Part shown: one piece after another, positions 1-9,537 of the stretch
Numbering within the stretch: position 1 is the stretch's first letter
Layout: each line of letters opens with the position of its first letter
Virus record (IMG/VR): IMGVR_UViG_3300012352_000234
Coordinates: 1 to 24,333 of that record
DNA length: 24,333 nt
Source: a virus
Lineage: Duplodnaviria > Caudoviricetes
Direction: 5' to 3' (one strand)
Program-made: the position numbers and the translations under genes
The notes under the pieces: model-generated
What the model was told of the DNA's origin: nothing
Database searches by the model: none
Seen by the model: the letters and a program-made list of their open reading frames with translations, nothing else

Positions 1-95
1 TCACTTGGATCAACATAGAATTCAAATAAGCTGACGATTGTGTAACTTGTTTCCTTCAGCTTGTTGAGTGTTGCAGTATCAATAGGTCTTGCCAT
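1..95 (-). CDS. N-terminal part (MARPIDTATLNKLKETSYTIVSLFEFYVDPS) of the tail hub/minor tail protein that continues at 24333..23861
   Basis: ATG at 95 overlaps the TAA of the 992-aa gene (TAATG); frame is open to position 1 and continues plausibly as ETTYLTDAAYNI at the window end. Confidence 0.8.
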   Translation of the reverse strand, partial: MARPIDTATLNKLKETSYTIVSLFEFYVDPS

Positions 96-3073
96 TAGCC
101 CAATGCCTCCACGAAGTTAAGTTCAAGAATGTAAAGTCCGCTGCCATCAGTTGTGTATGACAATGCATCATCCGCAAAGCGAACAACAACCCACACATAG
201 TCAAATGTTTCCATGTAAAGTGTTTGGAATGAGTTGTCTTTCTTCATTGGTGGTTCAACACGTATCTTTGCCTGTCCATACCCGTTTGAATTGGCATTGC
301 GAACAATCTGGTAAAGTTTTGTATCACCATTTATTTTGAAGTATGTTCCTTCAGTAACAACATTTGTTGTATTTGGAGGAAGTCCATCAATTGTTATTTC
401 CATATCGCCATATTCGCCACCTTGAATAATCTGAATGTAATCAGAATATCTTGCATCACCTTTGGTAAGCGAGTTAAACAACTTAAATCCAATCTTTGGC
501 AGACGAATACTAAACGCCTTTTCACCAGAACGATATTGTTCAAATGCAGCGATCAACTCTTGCGCTTCTTCTGCATACATTGGCGGATAGGTGTAAGTGA
601 ATGAATAGCGTTGTGCACCCGTTGAACGAATGTTGTCAATCAATGAGCGAGTAGTTGAACGCAGAACTGGTCTTTCACTTGTAATCTTGATTGCTGTTGG
701 GTAGAACTCAGGAAATAGTTCACGTGAAGTTGCGGTATCAATTCCACTGCCATCAAGATTATCGTAACCGTTAAGCAATAGGCTTGGGGCATATGGAGTT
801 GAACGTAAGGCGATAGCATACAGGAATGCATCATCTGGTAGATTGTATCCAGCAAAGAAGTCTGAATGGCTTGTGTTTACGGTTACACTATTTCCAATGC
901 CATTAAAAGATGTTCCATTTACATTGTAATATGCTTTTGGTAATTGATAAAATCCTGACCAAGCCGCCCCACTATTTGCCATAAAAAACAATTCACGATT
1001 GTCATGATCAGAATAATAATCCCAACCGTTGGTTCCGTTAGTTCCATCACCATCTGGTCTTGATATTGGAGTAAATCCTGTTACCTTTCCATCTGTTATT
1101 GTAACATTGTAAACTGCCGCACTCTTGTTGAAGAACAGCGGATCATTCAGGAAATCGTTAAAGTTCGTATTTCGGTATTCGCCTTTGGTATTTCCATTTC
1201 TTGTGTATGGGTAGGTGTATCCATATGGCTGTCTATCTATATGATAATAATCTGCTGGATAGACATAACCTGGGCAAGAAGCAGCAAAGGCGTTGTCGGA
1301 TGGCGTTTGGTCAGTTCCGATACTTTCAACTTTGTTTCCACCATCAAGGAATACAAAACAACCAAATCCTTGATTTTCATATCGATTGTCCGTTCCGAAC
1401 CAAGGACGTGTGTAATTCTTACTACTTTTTGCGTAGTAATTATTACTGTTTGCAATTTTGTAAACATAACGTTCTGGTCTAAATCTAACTGTATCTGTAA
1501 TAGTTAGATATGTGCTCATTGGAACATTGATTACATCTTCATCAATGCGTCCTTTGACTTGTTTTCCATAATCAACACGGCTTGAACCAAAACGTCCCCA
1601 AGTTCCGCCAGTAATGGTGGTTGATGGAGTTGCATTTTCGTAACCACGGCCCGCAGTATCAACTTGAATATAACTATCTTTGTATGTTTGTTCACCAGTA
1701 AAGTTGACATCGGTTCCGCCAACTCCATCAGTTCCACAAACAAATGATGTATTGCCGATAACTTTTGAGCCAGTTGTATTCACTGAAACAATTGCATCAT
1801 AAAGATACATAGTCCAGTTTTTCAAATGGTTGAATGCAATGTTGACAGTTTTGTAAAGCATTGTGGTTGGATCAGCAACAGTTGAATATTCAATTCTGAA
1901 CTTGTAAACTGGTAAGCCTCTTAAATGATAGTAACCAGTGCCACGGCCAGGAGTTCTTGTATCAAATTTCAATACATTGCTTTCAACAATGAATTTCAAT
2001 GCGATAGACTCCGTAAGGTATGTATCATAAACATTTGGGTTACAAGGATTCAGAATGTCCAATGAATTGTAATAAACATCTGGGTCTTCGGCCAATGCCA
2101 GTCTTTGAATAAGTTCTGTTCCATCAAATGGACGATTTCCGTTGTCTTCAAACATATTTGTCAATGGAACTGGCTCAGTTGATGTAGTTGGATCAAGGAC
2201 TAACCATCCATCGTATGGAACTATGATTGAATATGTTGGAGCAACACCGCCACTTGCCAATGTTTGGCTTTTGCTTGTTATTTTTGCATCCGCTTTGAAC
2301 ATCAATGATGCATAATCTGTTAGATTTGCTTCGCTTGGACGTGTCAATAGATTTGTAAGTCCATTGATTGTTCCATTTGGAACTGGACTTGATGGACTTC
2401 TTGCGTTATATCCAACATAAGATTCAGTTGCAGTCTGCATACTAAATGGGTAGGTGTCTTTTACATCAACAGTCGCACCAGTTGTATCTGTAGTTGAACC
2501 AAATACAGTTTTTTCCCAGAATATTGAATACAAATCATCAGATGAGACAACTGGAACGTAAATCAGTCCATCGCCGTTGTCTGTGCGACGAACATAATCT
2601 ATTGGGCCATAGTTGTAAAGTTGATGACTGAATACTGCATTTACTGGTGTATGATAAGAACCAGTTGCAGCCGATACGCTAATATTACTTACAGAAGAAT
2701 AATATTTTGCACTTGAAGTTACAGAATAGAACGCATAACCTGGGTCTTGGTCTACTCGATAAATGCCACCAAGATACCAAAATGCTGTTTGGTTCCAGAA
2801 TATTCCAGTATCTGCTTTTTCTTTTATTGTAGTTGGCATATTACCAGTATTGTAATCTGCATATGTGTCAAACCATTTTATTATTTGATATGCCATTTCT
2901 GTGCTATCATAACCATTTGGATTCATTCTGCTATCAGTGACCATGATATGACCATTCAATGTATGAGCTAATGTTGGCAAATCACAAAGAAATGGAAATT
3001 TATTTTGTAAATTATCACTACTGGAACCAGCCTGTTCAAATAGTTTTGTAAAGACTTGTAAATCGTAAGCCAT
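95..3073 (-). CDS. 992-aa virion protein: ~780-aa N-terminal extension plus C-terminal distal tail (Dit)-like domain
   Basis: Sits right after the tape measure gene; the last ~210 aa (QRYSFTYTYPPM, GTYFKINGDTKLYQI, AKIRVEPPM, LELNFVEAL) resemble small Dit-type minor tail proteins; AAGGAG RBS. Confidence 0.65.
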   Translation of the reverse strand: MAYDLQVFTKLFEQAGSSSDNLQNKFPFLCDLPTLAHTLNGHIMVTDSRMNPNGYDSTEMAYQIIKWFDTYADYNTGNMPTTIKEKADTGIFWNQTAFWYLGGIYRVDQDPGYAFYSVTSSAKYYSSVSNISVSAATGSYHTPVNAVFSHQLYNYGPIDYVRRTDNGDGLIYVPVVSSDDLYSIFWEKTVFGSTTDTTGATVDVKDTYPFSMQTATESYVGYNARSPSSPVPNGTINGLTNLLTRPSEANLTDYASLMFKADAKITSKSQTLASGGVAPTYSIIVPYDGWLVLDPTTSTEPVPLTNMFEDNGNRPFDGTELIQRLALAEDPDVYYNSLDILNPCNPNVYDTYLTESIALKFIVESNVLKFDTRTPGRGTGYYHLRGLPVYKFRIEYSTVADPTTMLYKTVNIAFNHLKNWTMYLYDAIVSVNTTGSKVIGNTSFVCGTDGVGGTDVNFTGEQTYKDSYIQVDTAGRGYENATPSTTITGGTWGRFGSSRVDYGKQVKGRIDEDVINVPMSTYLTITDTVRFRPERYVYKIANSNNYYAKSSKNYTRPWFGTDNRYENQGFGCFVFLDGGNKVESIGTDQTPSDNAFAASCPGYVYPADYYHIDRQPYGYTYPYTRNGNTKGEYRNTNFNDFLNDPLFFNKSAAVYNVTITDGKVTGFTPISRPDGDGTNGTNGWDYYSDHDNRELFFMANSGAAWSGFYQLPKAYYNVNGTSFNGIGNSVTVNTSHSDFFAGYNLPDDAFLYAIALRSTPYAPSLLLNGYDNLDGSGIDTATSRELFPEFYPTAIKITSERPVLRSTTRSLIDNIRSTGAQRYSFTYTYPPMYAEEAQELIAAFEQYRSGEKAFSIRLPKIGFKLFNSLTKGDARYSDYIQIIQGGEYGDMEITIDGLPPNTTNVVTEGTYFKINGDTKLYQIVRNANSNGYGQAKIRVEPPMKKDNSFQTLYMETFDYVWVVVRFADDALSYTTDGSGLYILELNFVEALG

Positions 3074-3095
3074 TTTGACTCCTTATTGTTTCATG

Positions 3096-3103
3096 TATTT
3101 AGG
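3096..3103 (-). promoter_or_regulatory. T4-late-type promoter box CCTAAATA for the tail tip operon
   Basis: TAAATA lies immediately after a terminator and ~22 nt before the ATG at 3073. Confidence 0.6.
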
Positions 3104-3124
3104 AAAAGCCCCGAAGGGCTTTTC
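3103..3124 (-). terminator. Intrinsic terminator after tape measure gene, cUUCGg tetraloop
   Basis: GAAAAGCCC-TTCG-GGGCTTTTC, a perfect 9-bp inverted repeat. Confidence 0.85.
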
Positions 3125-3129
3125 AACTA

Positions 3130-5898
3130 TTAGCCAAATGGACCTGGCTTACCACGTTTTTGGTATGCTTCTTGGACTGACCCAACGATCATGGATTTGT
3201 TCTTCATTAGGAACTCTGCACCTGTTTGAGTATCAATAGCCGAGATATTGAAGTTAACAACGATTGGATCAGCAGAACCACCACCAAGTTGATCATTTGG
3301 AACAACCGTTCCTGCGCGACCAGGATAAAATAGTTCTGGGCCTTTTTCACCAACAACGATTGGCTTTTGACCAGCCTTTGCTGTGGAACCACCATTCGCA
3401 AATCCAAACAAACCGCCAAGGAAGCCAAACAATCCACCACCACCAAACAGACCACCACCAACTCCACTTGGAGTAAATGCGCCACTGAGAGCACTGTTGA
3501 TGTTTTTCAATAGTGGGCTTACAATGAAGTTTTCAATCAATGAACTAACAATTGTTTTTACAACGGATAGTGCAATATCTTTCAACCCTTCAAATCCACT
3601 CTTGACACCCATAAAGACATCTGTTAGAGTTGATGTAATAGTGCCAGACATTGACATTAGACTATTGCCAACAACCTGTGCTACTGATACTGTGTCTTTT
3701 CCAAGAGTTTCATTTATTTTTTCACTGGCATTCTTATAAACATCAAGACTTATTGCGCCTTTTTCAAACTCTGCATTTAGTTGTGCAAGTGCTTGTTGTG
3801 CATAAGGTATTTCATTGGCTGCACGAGTTGCCTGATCAACAACACCTTTGTAATATTGTTCGTATGGATCAAGTTTTGGTGCTCCACCGCCACTTGGACG
3901 AGAAGTGCGACGAACAATACCAAGTTGCTTTTCTGCTTCTGTAATTTGAGCAGTAGTTGCACCCTGTTCTTTCAATGTTGAAACTAGCTTTTCATTAGCT
4001 GCATTTTGTGCCAATGCTGCATCAACATTGCCCTTCAGAGTTACAAGCTGTTGGTCAAATGTTGGAGGTGTTACATCTCCAATTTGTGCCATAGCAGCGG
4101 CATATGTGTCAAGGCTGATAATACCAGCACGAAGATCAGCATCAAGTCTTGCAACCGCAGCACTCATGTTGTCCTGACTTGCAACAGCCGAGGTCGCAGA
4201 TGCAACTAGCTGTTGGTAGTATTGATCAAACTCACTTACTGCCTGGCCACCTTGCTGCAATTCAGCAATTTGTGAACGAAGTGTCGCAGACATAGCTTCA
4301 AGTGATTGTCTGTTTATTTCAGTGATATTTGTATTACCAGCAAGTTCAAGAGTTATTTGTTGCAGTAGTGCTCTTTTTGCATCAAGTGCTTGTGCTTCTC
4401 TCATATATTGAGGAATTAAGTCTGGATTTGCAGCAATTATTGAAGCAGCATTTTCATTTTGAGCAGAAGTCAATGCTTGTAGATTTAGAACTTGTTGCTG
4501 TTGAAGTGCATTCATTCTTTCATAATATGCATTACGAAGTTGAATAAGTTCAAGACCAGATTGATCCTGCATACGAGCATAATCAAATGCAGCAGTCAAA
4601 TCATACATTGCTTTCGCATAGGTGTTGATTTTTGCTTGTGCTTCTGAAACAGCAGTGCTTTGTGGAGTAATTGCTTCATTCGCTAATTTCAATGCAGCAT
4701 CGGTATTTGCCTTCATTGAATCAGCAAAAGACATTCCACCAGATGTATCAACTGGTGGTATCAATGCATCTCGTATTGAATCTTTGAGTGATTTTGCAGC
4801 TACAGATAGTTCTTCGGCACTTGAAATAGCGGCTTCGGCACCATCAACAAATCCTTGGAAAAGAATTCCTTTTCCTTGGGCTTCCAAATCTGCCAATTCT
4901 GCATTAAGTGCATTAAATTCTTTTAACAAACCACCGTAAAGTATATAGTTACCAGACGCAGCAGATTCTTTTAACTGTTTGTCCAACTCTTGCATGCGAT
5001 CAAATAGTTGGGTTGCTGACAATCCAGAACCATTCATCGCTACATCCATTGCGCGAAGTTCTTGTGTTGCCTGTATTAAAGTGTTTGTGTAGAACTCAGT
5101 TATTCCACTTGCTTCTCCAAATCCATTTAAGAATTTAGTAAATGCATCACCAAGTGCTGTTTCTAATTGGTCAATACTGGTTTCCATTTTATTAAATGAT
5201 TCAGTGACCGTATTTGAATTCATCAATAGTTTTGCAAATACATCGGAAGTTAGTTTTCCTTCTTCGGCCATCTTACGAAGTTCAGCAACAGTGTAACCAC
5301 TTTCTTTTGCCATAATTCCAAGTGCAGGACCAAGTGCTTCAACCAATGAATTGAATTCATCACCACGAACAGTTCCAGATGCCATTGCTTGGCCAAACTG
5401 ACGAATAGCACCAGATGCAGTTCCAGCATCAGCGCCAGACACAGCAAGTGCTTGTGATAGTTTGGTTGTTATGACTTCGGCATCACGTGTTGAATATCCA
5501 AGTGCTTCTGTTGATATTCTTACTTTGGTGTAAAGATCAACTGTGTCCGCTAGACTTGTTCTATTTTGAGATGCTAATACTGTCAAACGAGACATAGTTT
5601 TGTTTAAGTCTTCGGTCCCGTTTGTGACAAGTTTCAATCCATTTGTCATAGATTGATACTGCTTTGATGCATTTATGATTGCACCGCCAGCAGCTATTGT
5701 TGCAGTTGCAACGACTGTCATTGCAGCGGCTGCACCAGTAGCCGCTGCTGTAAGTCTTCCAAGTCCAGCGGCACCGCCACTACTTGAACTTCCTAATCCA
5801 CCAAGGTTTCTGTTTAGCCCATTTAACGCTCTGTCAATTTCTCTTATTTGACGACTTGCGTTATCTTGTATGCCTATTACTATGTTTAGCTCTGCCAT
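3130..5898 (-). CDS. Tail tape measure protein (922 aa)
   Basis: Typical N-terminal tape measure domain (QFGQAMASGTVRGDEFNSLVE), Ala/Gln-rich helical body, C-terminal FANGG...VGEKGPELF motif; follows the tail chaperone. Confidence 0.95.
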   Translation of the reverse strand: MAELNIVIGIQDNASRQIREIDRALNGLNRNLGGLGSSSSGGAAGLGRLTAAATGAAAAMTVVATATIAAGGAIINASKQYQSMTNGLKLVTNGTEDLNKTMSRLTVLASQNRTSLADTVDLYTKVRISTEALGYSTRDAEVITTKLSQALAVSGADAGTASGAIRQFGQAMASGTVRGDEFNSLVEALGPALGIMAKESGYTVAELRKMAEEGKLTSDVFAKLLMNSNTVTESFNKMETSIDQLETALGDAFTKFLNGFGEASGITEFYTNTLIQATQELRAMDVAMNGSGLSATQLFDRMQELDKQLKESAASGNYILYGGLLKEFNALNAELADLEAQGKGILFQGFVDGAEAAISSAEELSVAAKSLKDSIRDALIPPVDTSGGMSFADSMKANTDAALKLANEAITPQSTAVSEAQAKINTYAKAMYDLTAAFDYARMQDQSGLELIQLRNAYYERMNALQQQQVLNLQALTSAQNENAASIIAANPDLIPQYMREAQALDAKRALLQQITLELAGNTNITEINRQSLEAMSATLRSQIAELQQGGQAVSEFDQYYQQLVASATSAVASQDNMSAAVARLDADLRAGIISLDTYAAAMAQIGDVTPPTFDQQLVTLKGNVDAALAQNAANEKLVSTLKEQGATTAQITEAEKQLGIVRRTSRPSGGGAPKLDPYEQYYKGVVDQATRAANEIPYAQQALAQLNAEFEKGAISLDVYKNASEKINETLGKDTVSVAQVVGNSLMSMSGTITSTLTDVFMGVKSGFEGLKDIALSVVKTIVSSLIENFIVSPLLKNINSALSGAFTPSGVGGGLFGGGGLFGFLGGLFGFANGGSTAKAGQKPIVVGEKGPELFYPGRAGTVVPNDQLGGGSADPIVVNFNISAIDTQTGAEFLMKNKSMIVGSVQEAYQKRGKPGPFG

Positions 5899-6028
5899 CA
5901 GATTCCCCCTTCAGAAATGCTATCCAATAGGCAATCAGGTTTTTGTCCATCTCATAGACTTCTTCTATGCGATAACCAAGTTCTTTGGCTAGGAAGAAAA
6001 TGGTCCATAATTGCCTATCGTCTTTTAG
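5861..6028 (-). CDS. -1 frameshift extension of tail assembly chaperone (lambda gpT-like part of gpGT)
   Basis: Open -1 frame after slippery A AAA AAC reads LKDDRQLWTIFFLAKELGYRIEEVYEMDKNLIAYWIAFLKGESDGRAKHSNRHTR; no ATG at its 5' end. Confidence 0.8.
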   Translation of the reverse strand, partial: LKDDRQLWTIFFLAKELGYRIEEVYEMDKNLIAYWIAFLKGESDGRAKHSNRHTR

Positions 6029-6372
6029 TTTTTTTCTGCGTCATCCACAGAAATATGTTCGTCAGAGTTAATAGCACTTACAATTTTTAGGATTACGCTT
6101 GGATCAACACTTTGCATAAGTTCTGTTTTACTTGCATCAGTAAAAACTTTTTTGCCGTCCTTATCCAGTGTTTTGTTAATCATAACTTGGATCAAGGCTT
6201 CTGCTGTTTTTCCTTGGTTTTGTAGTTCAATAACTTTTGCTTCTTGGGCAAAGTTAGAACCTTTTTTGAAATAGATAGTTTCGTCCCATTCTTCAATGTA
6301 ATATGATTTTAACTCTTGGTCCATAATATCACGAAAATGTGCTTTCGCTTTGGACATAATCTCTTTACTCAT
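6025..6372 (-). CDS. Tail assembly chaperone (lambda gpG-like)
   Basis: 115 aa, upstream of tape measure gene, ends GAA AAA AAC TAA (slippery site). Confidence 0.8.
   Translation of the reverse strand: MSKEIMSKAKAHFRDIMDQELKSYYIEEWDETIYFKKGSNFAQEAKVIELQNQGKTAEALIQVMINKTLDKDGKKVFTDASKTELMQSVDPSVILKIVSAINSDEHISVDDAEKN
6028..6034 (-). other. Programmed -1 ribosomal frameshift heptamer A AAA AAC
   Basis: X XXY YYZ pattern in the last codons of the chaperone ORF with an open -1 frame downstream. Confidence 0.8.
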
Positions 6373-6668
6373 TTGTATTTTCCTTTATTGAAGTTGCTTT
6401 TTATTTTGTCAATCGCAGGTTTAACCATACCATGTGGTGCTTGCTTACTTTTTCCTTCGTCAAGTTCACTTATGTATGGCTGCTTGTTATTTATTACAGT
6501 TGAATTCTTGGATTTTGACTTTTTCCAAGAGCGTTTAGCGAGACCCGTGTCAACAGGGGTATTCTTTTTTACTTCTTCATAAAAATCATCTCCCATTTCA
6601 GAAACCATACTTGTGATTTCATCAAAGAGAGATGTAAAACCTTGTTTGCTGACACGGGTTCTAATCAT
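6369..6668 (-). CDS. HK97 gp10-like putative tail completion protein
   Basis: TPVDTGLAKRSW and PYISELDEGKSKQAPHGMV motifs. Confidence 0.8.
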   Translation of the reverse strand: MIRTRVSKQGFTSLFDEITSMVSEMGDDFYEEVKKNTPVDTGLAKRSWKKSKSKNSTVINNKQPYISELDEGKSKQAPHGMVKPAIDKIKSNFNKGKYK

Positions 6669-7090
6669 TATACGCCGTTTTCGGTTGCTAGTGGTGCAGT
6701 TCCGATAACAGTGATTGATGCTTCAATCATACCGTCAACAGATGAACTGATTGAACGTGAGGTTACAAGTGCATTACCTGTATAGCCTAGTTCAGTTGCG
6801 CCATCGCCTGCTGGCCAGAAGTGTAGAGTTACTTCATCTGGGCCAGGTGTTAGCATACCAGCTTCAACTTTGTCGCCAGCGGCATCGTCTGTGGTCCAGT
6901 AAACGTCAACAGTTGCAGTCCAAGCACCGAAAGTTGGCTTGTTGGTGCGGAATGCTACGCCTGAAACGTTCATAACAGTTGCGTCAACTGTTTCGTGAGT
7001 TTGTTCCAATGAGAATGAGCGAATTGAGGCAACCGCAGTTGAACCTGAATATACTACACCATTAGAACCTGTGTAAATTTGATTTGCCAT
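6668..7090 (-). CDS. Major tail (tube) protein
   Basis: 140-aa beta-rich protein (SFSLEQT, WTATVDVYW, YTGNALVTSRSISSSVDG, ASITVIGT); AGGAGA RBS; synteny. Confidence 0.85.
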   Translation of the reverse strand: MANQIYTGSNGVVYSGSTAVASIRSFSLEQTHETVDATVMNVSGVAFRTNKPTFGAWTATVDVYWTTDDAAGDKVEAGMLTPGPDEVTLHFWPAGDGATELGYTGNALVTSRSISSSVDGMIEASITVIGTAPLATENGV

Positions 7091-7100
7091 GTTTTATCTC

Positions 7101-7532
7101 CTAGTTGTTTCCACGGTCATGATAGTATTGAATAACATAAACATATGTCTGAGAAACTAATGGAAAGTTACCTTCAATGACATCGTTTACTTCACGTAAT
7201 TCTGTCAATAGTGCAACCTTACCTCTTGTTCGGTCTACTTCCAATGCATCGTCAATAGCAGAGTGAATTGCGTTAAGAGTATTATTCGCCTCTATCCCTT
7301 TTGATTCTGCTTTAATATGAACGGTTACACCGACATACATTGTGCATAATCTATGAGACATTGTAATATCTTCACGGTCTTCGTTTTGAACTTCAATCTG
7401 AACGAATGGATAAGCTGTCTTTGCCAATTTACTGAAATCAACGGGTATGTCACTCACTTTACCAATTCTTGGTGAAGATACGTTTTCAATCGTTTCAATC
7501 AGATTACGAAGTGCTAAGTTCTTTTTGCTCAT
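7101..7532 (-). CDS. Putative tail terminator protein
   Basis: 143 aa, AYPFVQI and DALEVDRTRG motifs; lies between adaptor and tube genes. Confidence 0.65.
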   Translation of the reverse strand: MSKKNLALRNLIETIENVSSPRIGKVSDIPVDFSKLAKTAYPFVQIEVQNEDREDITMSHRLCTMYVGVTVHIKAESKGIEANNTLNAIHSAIDDALEVDRTRGKVALLTELREVNDVIEGNFPLVSQTYVYVIQYYHDRGNN

Positions 7533-7942
7533 CGATCCAATCTTCCTGGAATTACATTTTCTACTTCGCCCTCTTCAAAGGAAGCATCCTCATCAAAGTC
7601 GTAATAAATCCCAGCCAACATTGTGGCTGAGAATTCATCTGCAAAGCGATCTCGGTAGAACGCCATCATATTGAGGAATGTGTCGTTCTCCGAGAAGTTT
7701 GCCAACTTTGGAAGAATGTAATACGCAAGTGAATGATAGACTGTAGCACGAACCCACTGTGAAGCATCAAGCAATTCAGGTTTGAATGTCAATGTATCTC
7801 TTCGAGTCATCCACCATTCACCTTTTATCTTGCGTTGAATGTCCAACGTAGATTGTTCCAACTCATTTTCAAAGCTGGATATACCATGATCAAATATGTC
7901 AGAAACATATTGAACCAAATCTTCATCACTTGCGTATCCCAT
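7529..7942 (-). CDS. Putative head-tail adaptor
   Basis: 137-aa helical protein starting MGYASDEDL directly after the capsid gene. Confidence 0.65.
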   Translation of the reverse strand: MGYASDEDLVQYVSDIFDHGISSFENELEQSTLDIQRKIKGEWWMTRRDTLTFKPELLDASQWVRATVYHSLAYYILPKLANFSENDTFLNMMAFYRDRFADEFSATMLAGIYYDFDEDASFEEGEVENVIPGRLDR

Positions 7943-7962
7943 TATTATCTCCTAGTATGTTA

Positions 7963-8760
7963 TTAGTCTAGCTGTAGAACTACACCACGAGCAGCGTCAA
8001 CAACAGCAACGCCAGCGTGTAGGTTTGCAACGATGTCGTTACCAACAGCAGATGCACGGCGCTGAACTTCAACGTCAACGTTCTTGAACATTGCGATACG
8101 AGCAGCGTCAGCACCGAATACATAACCATGAACGCCAGTTACATAAGCAGACATGAAGATGTTGATGCCAGCAACATTACCAACCCAACCATTGGTTAGA
8201 GCAGCAGTTTGGAAAGCACCACCAGCATATTGTGAAGAACCGATTGCCTTCATTAGAGCAGTTCCAGCGGTTGGTGAAACAACACCAAATAGCTGACCGA
8301 ATTCGCCAGCAGCGCGGATTGCACCAGCAGCGTCAAATAGTTCGTCAACGCCTAGTGAAACGGTTCCGCCGTTGCCAGTTAGGTCGTCAAGAGCAGCCAT
8401 AACATCGGTGTCAAATGCTTTTGCAACTGAGTTACCTAGAACACGGCCTAGTTCTAGTGGGTCAATACCACCTAGATCACGTAGAACTGAACGAGCAGCA
8501 TAGATGTTTGCAGTGATGATGTTGTTTGTGTCGGTGATTGCAGAAGCAGCAACGTCATCAGTTACGCCTTCACTTGCGATCTTGGTTGCAGTTACTTGAC
8601 CAAGTAGTGGAACCTGAGCAGCGATTGAGCCAGCAGGAACAGCGATTTGTGGAATTAGTGCGCCACCAAGGAATAGTGAGTTCTCTTGTGCGGTGTATAG
8701 TGTAGCAGCCTTTGTGTTGACTACCATTGATTCTAGATTGTATGGGCTATTGTATGCCAT
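7963..8760 (-). CDS. Major capsid protein (HK97 fold, 265 aa)
   Basis: Follows scaffold; LGNSVAKAFDTDV, VGNVAGINIFMS and VEVQRRASAVGNDIV motifs; high-expression codon bias. Confidence 0.85.
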   Translation of the reverse strand: MAYNSPYNLESMVVNTKAATLYTAQENSLFLGGALIPQIAVPAGSIAAQVPLLGQVTATKIASEGVTDDVAASAITDTNNIITANIYAARSVLRDLGGIDPLELGRVLGNSVAKAFDTDVMAALDDLTGNGGTVSLGVDELFDAAGAIRAAGEFGQLFGVVSPTAGTALMKAIGSSQYAGGAFQTAALTNGWVGNVAGINIFMSAYVTGVHGYVFGADAARIAMFKNVDVEVQRRASAVGNDIVANLHAGVAVVDAARGVVLQLD

Positions 8761-8780
8761 GATTTAGTCTCCTATAAATG

Positions 8781-9449
8781 TTATATTTTACCTTGCTGTC
8801 TTAGTTTTCTAAACAATTCACGATCAGCAGGTTTATTCATGTCCAAAGATGCAATATCTACCTCTGGTTTTGCGGAAGTTCCAACTCCACCTTGGCTTGC
8901 AATGCCTGATGGTCCAGAACGTAGGAAGTGTGGGTTTGCGTCAAGAAATTCGCTTACCAAGTCTTCCAACTTTTTTGGTTCCGCAGTTTTTTCGTCATAA
9001 ATGACAGTTTTATTCTTGTCAAAAACAACAGGGCGACCTGTTTCATCAAGACCTACATTGCTTCTAAGTAGTTGGACAACCTGTTCTGCATTGATTGCGC
9101 CACGCGATGCAGCGGCATTTAGCAAGGTGCCATCTACTTTTAGCGATGTTAGTTCTGAACGAAGTGCATTTACTTCTGACGAATACTTTTCTTTTTGTTG
9201 AGTAAGTATTTTGTCAAATTCTTCACGCTTCTTCATCGCCTCTAAGGCCCGTTCTTCTTCGGCAGATTTGAGTGATTTATACTCATTGACATCAATGCCT
9301 TCGTATTTACGGCGTTCTTTTTCAAGACGTGCCTGAACGATTTTATCAATGTCTGCCTGCGTAAAAGTGCGGTTTACATCCTGGTTTTCATTTACAGAAG
9401 CACCAGTAACTTCGTTTTTATTTTCCCCGATTTCAACGCCTTCGGTCAT
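8781..9449 (-). CDS. Capsid scaffolding protein
   Basis: FTQADIDKIVQARLEKER motif, coiled coil, FLDANPHF; upstream of capsid gene. Confidence 0.85.
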   Translation of the reverse strand: MTEGVEIGENKNEVTGASVNENQDVNRTFTQADIDKIVQARLEKERRKYEGIDVNEYKSLKSAEEERALEAMKKREEFDKILTQQKEKYSSEVNALRSELTSLKVDGTLLNAAASRGAINAEQVVQLLRSNVGLDETGRPVVFDKNKTVIYDEKTAEPKKLEDLVSEFLDANPHFLRSGPSGIASQGGVGTSAKPEVDIASLDMNKPADRELFRKLRQQGKI

Positions 9450-9504
9450 GGCTAAACTCCTTTTAAAAAGTATTTGGACACGATATTATCGCGTCTCACA
9501 AATG

Positions 9505-9512
9505 TATTTATC
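9505..9512 (-). promoter_or_regulatory. T4-late-type promoter box GATAAATA for the scaffold-capsid-tail operon
   Basis: Intergenic ATAAATA followed by a leader hairpin at 9477-9495 and an AAGGAG RBS. Confidence 0.65.
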
Positions 9513-9537
9513 ATTGAGAAATAATAATTATATCGGT

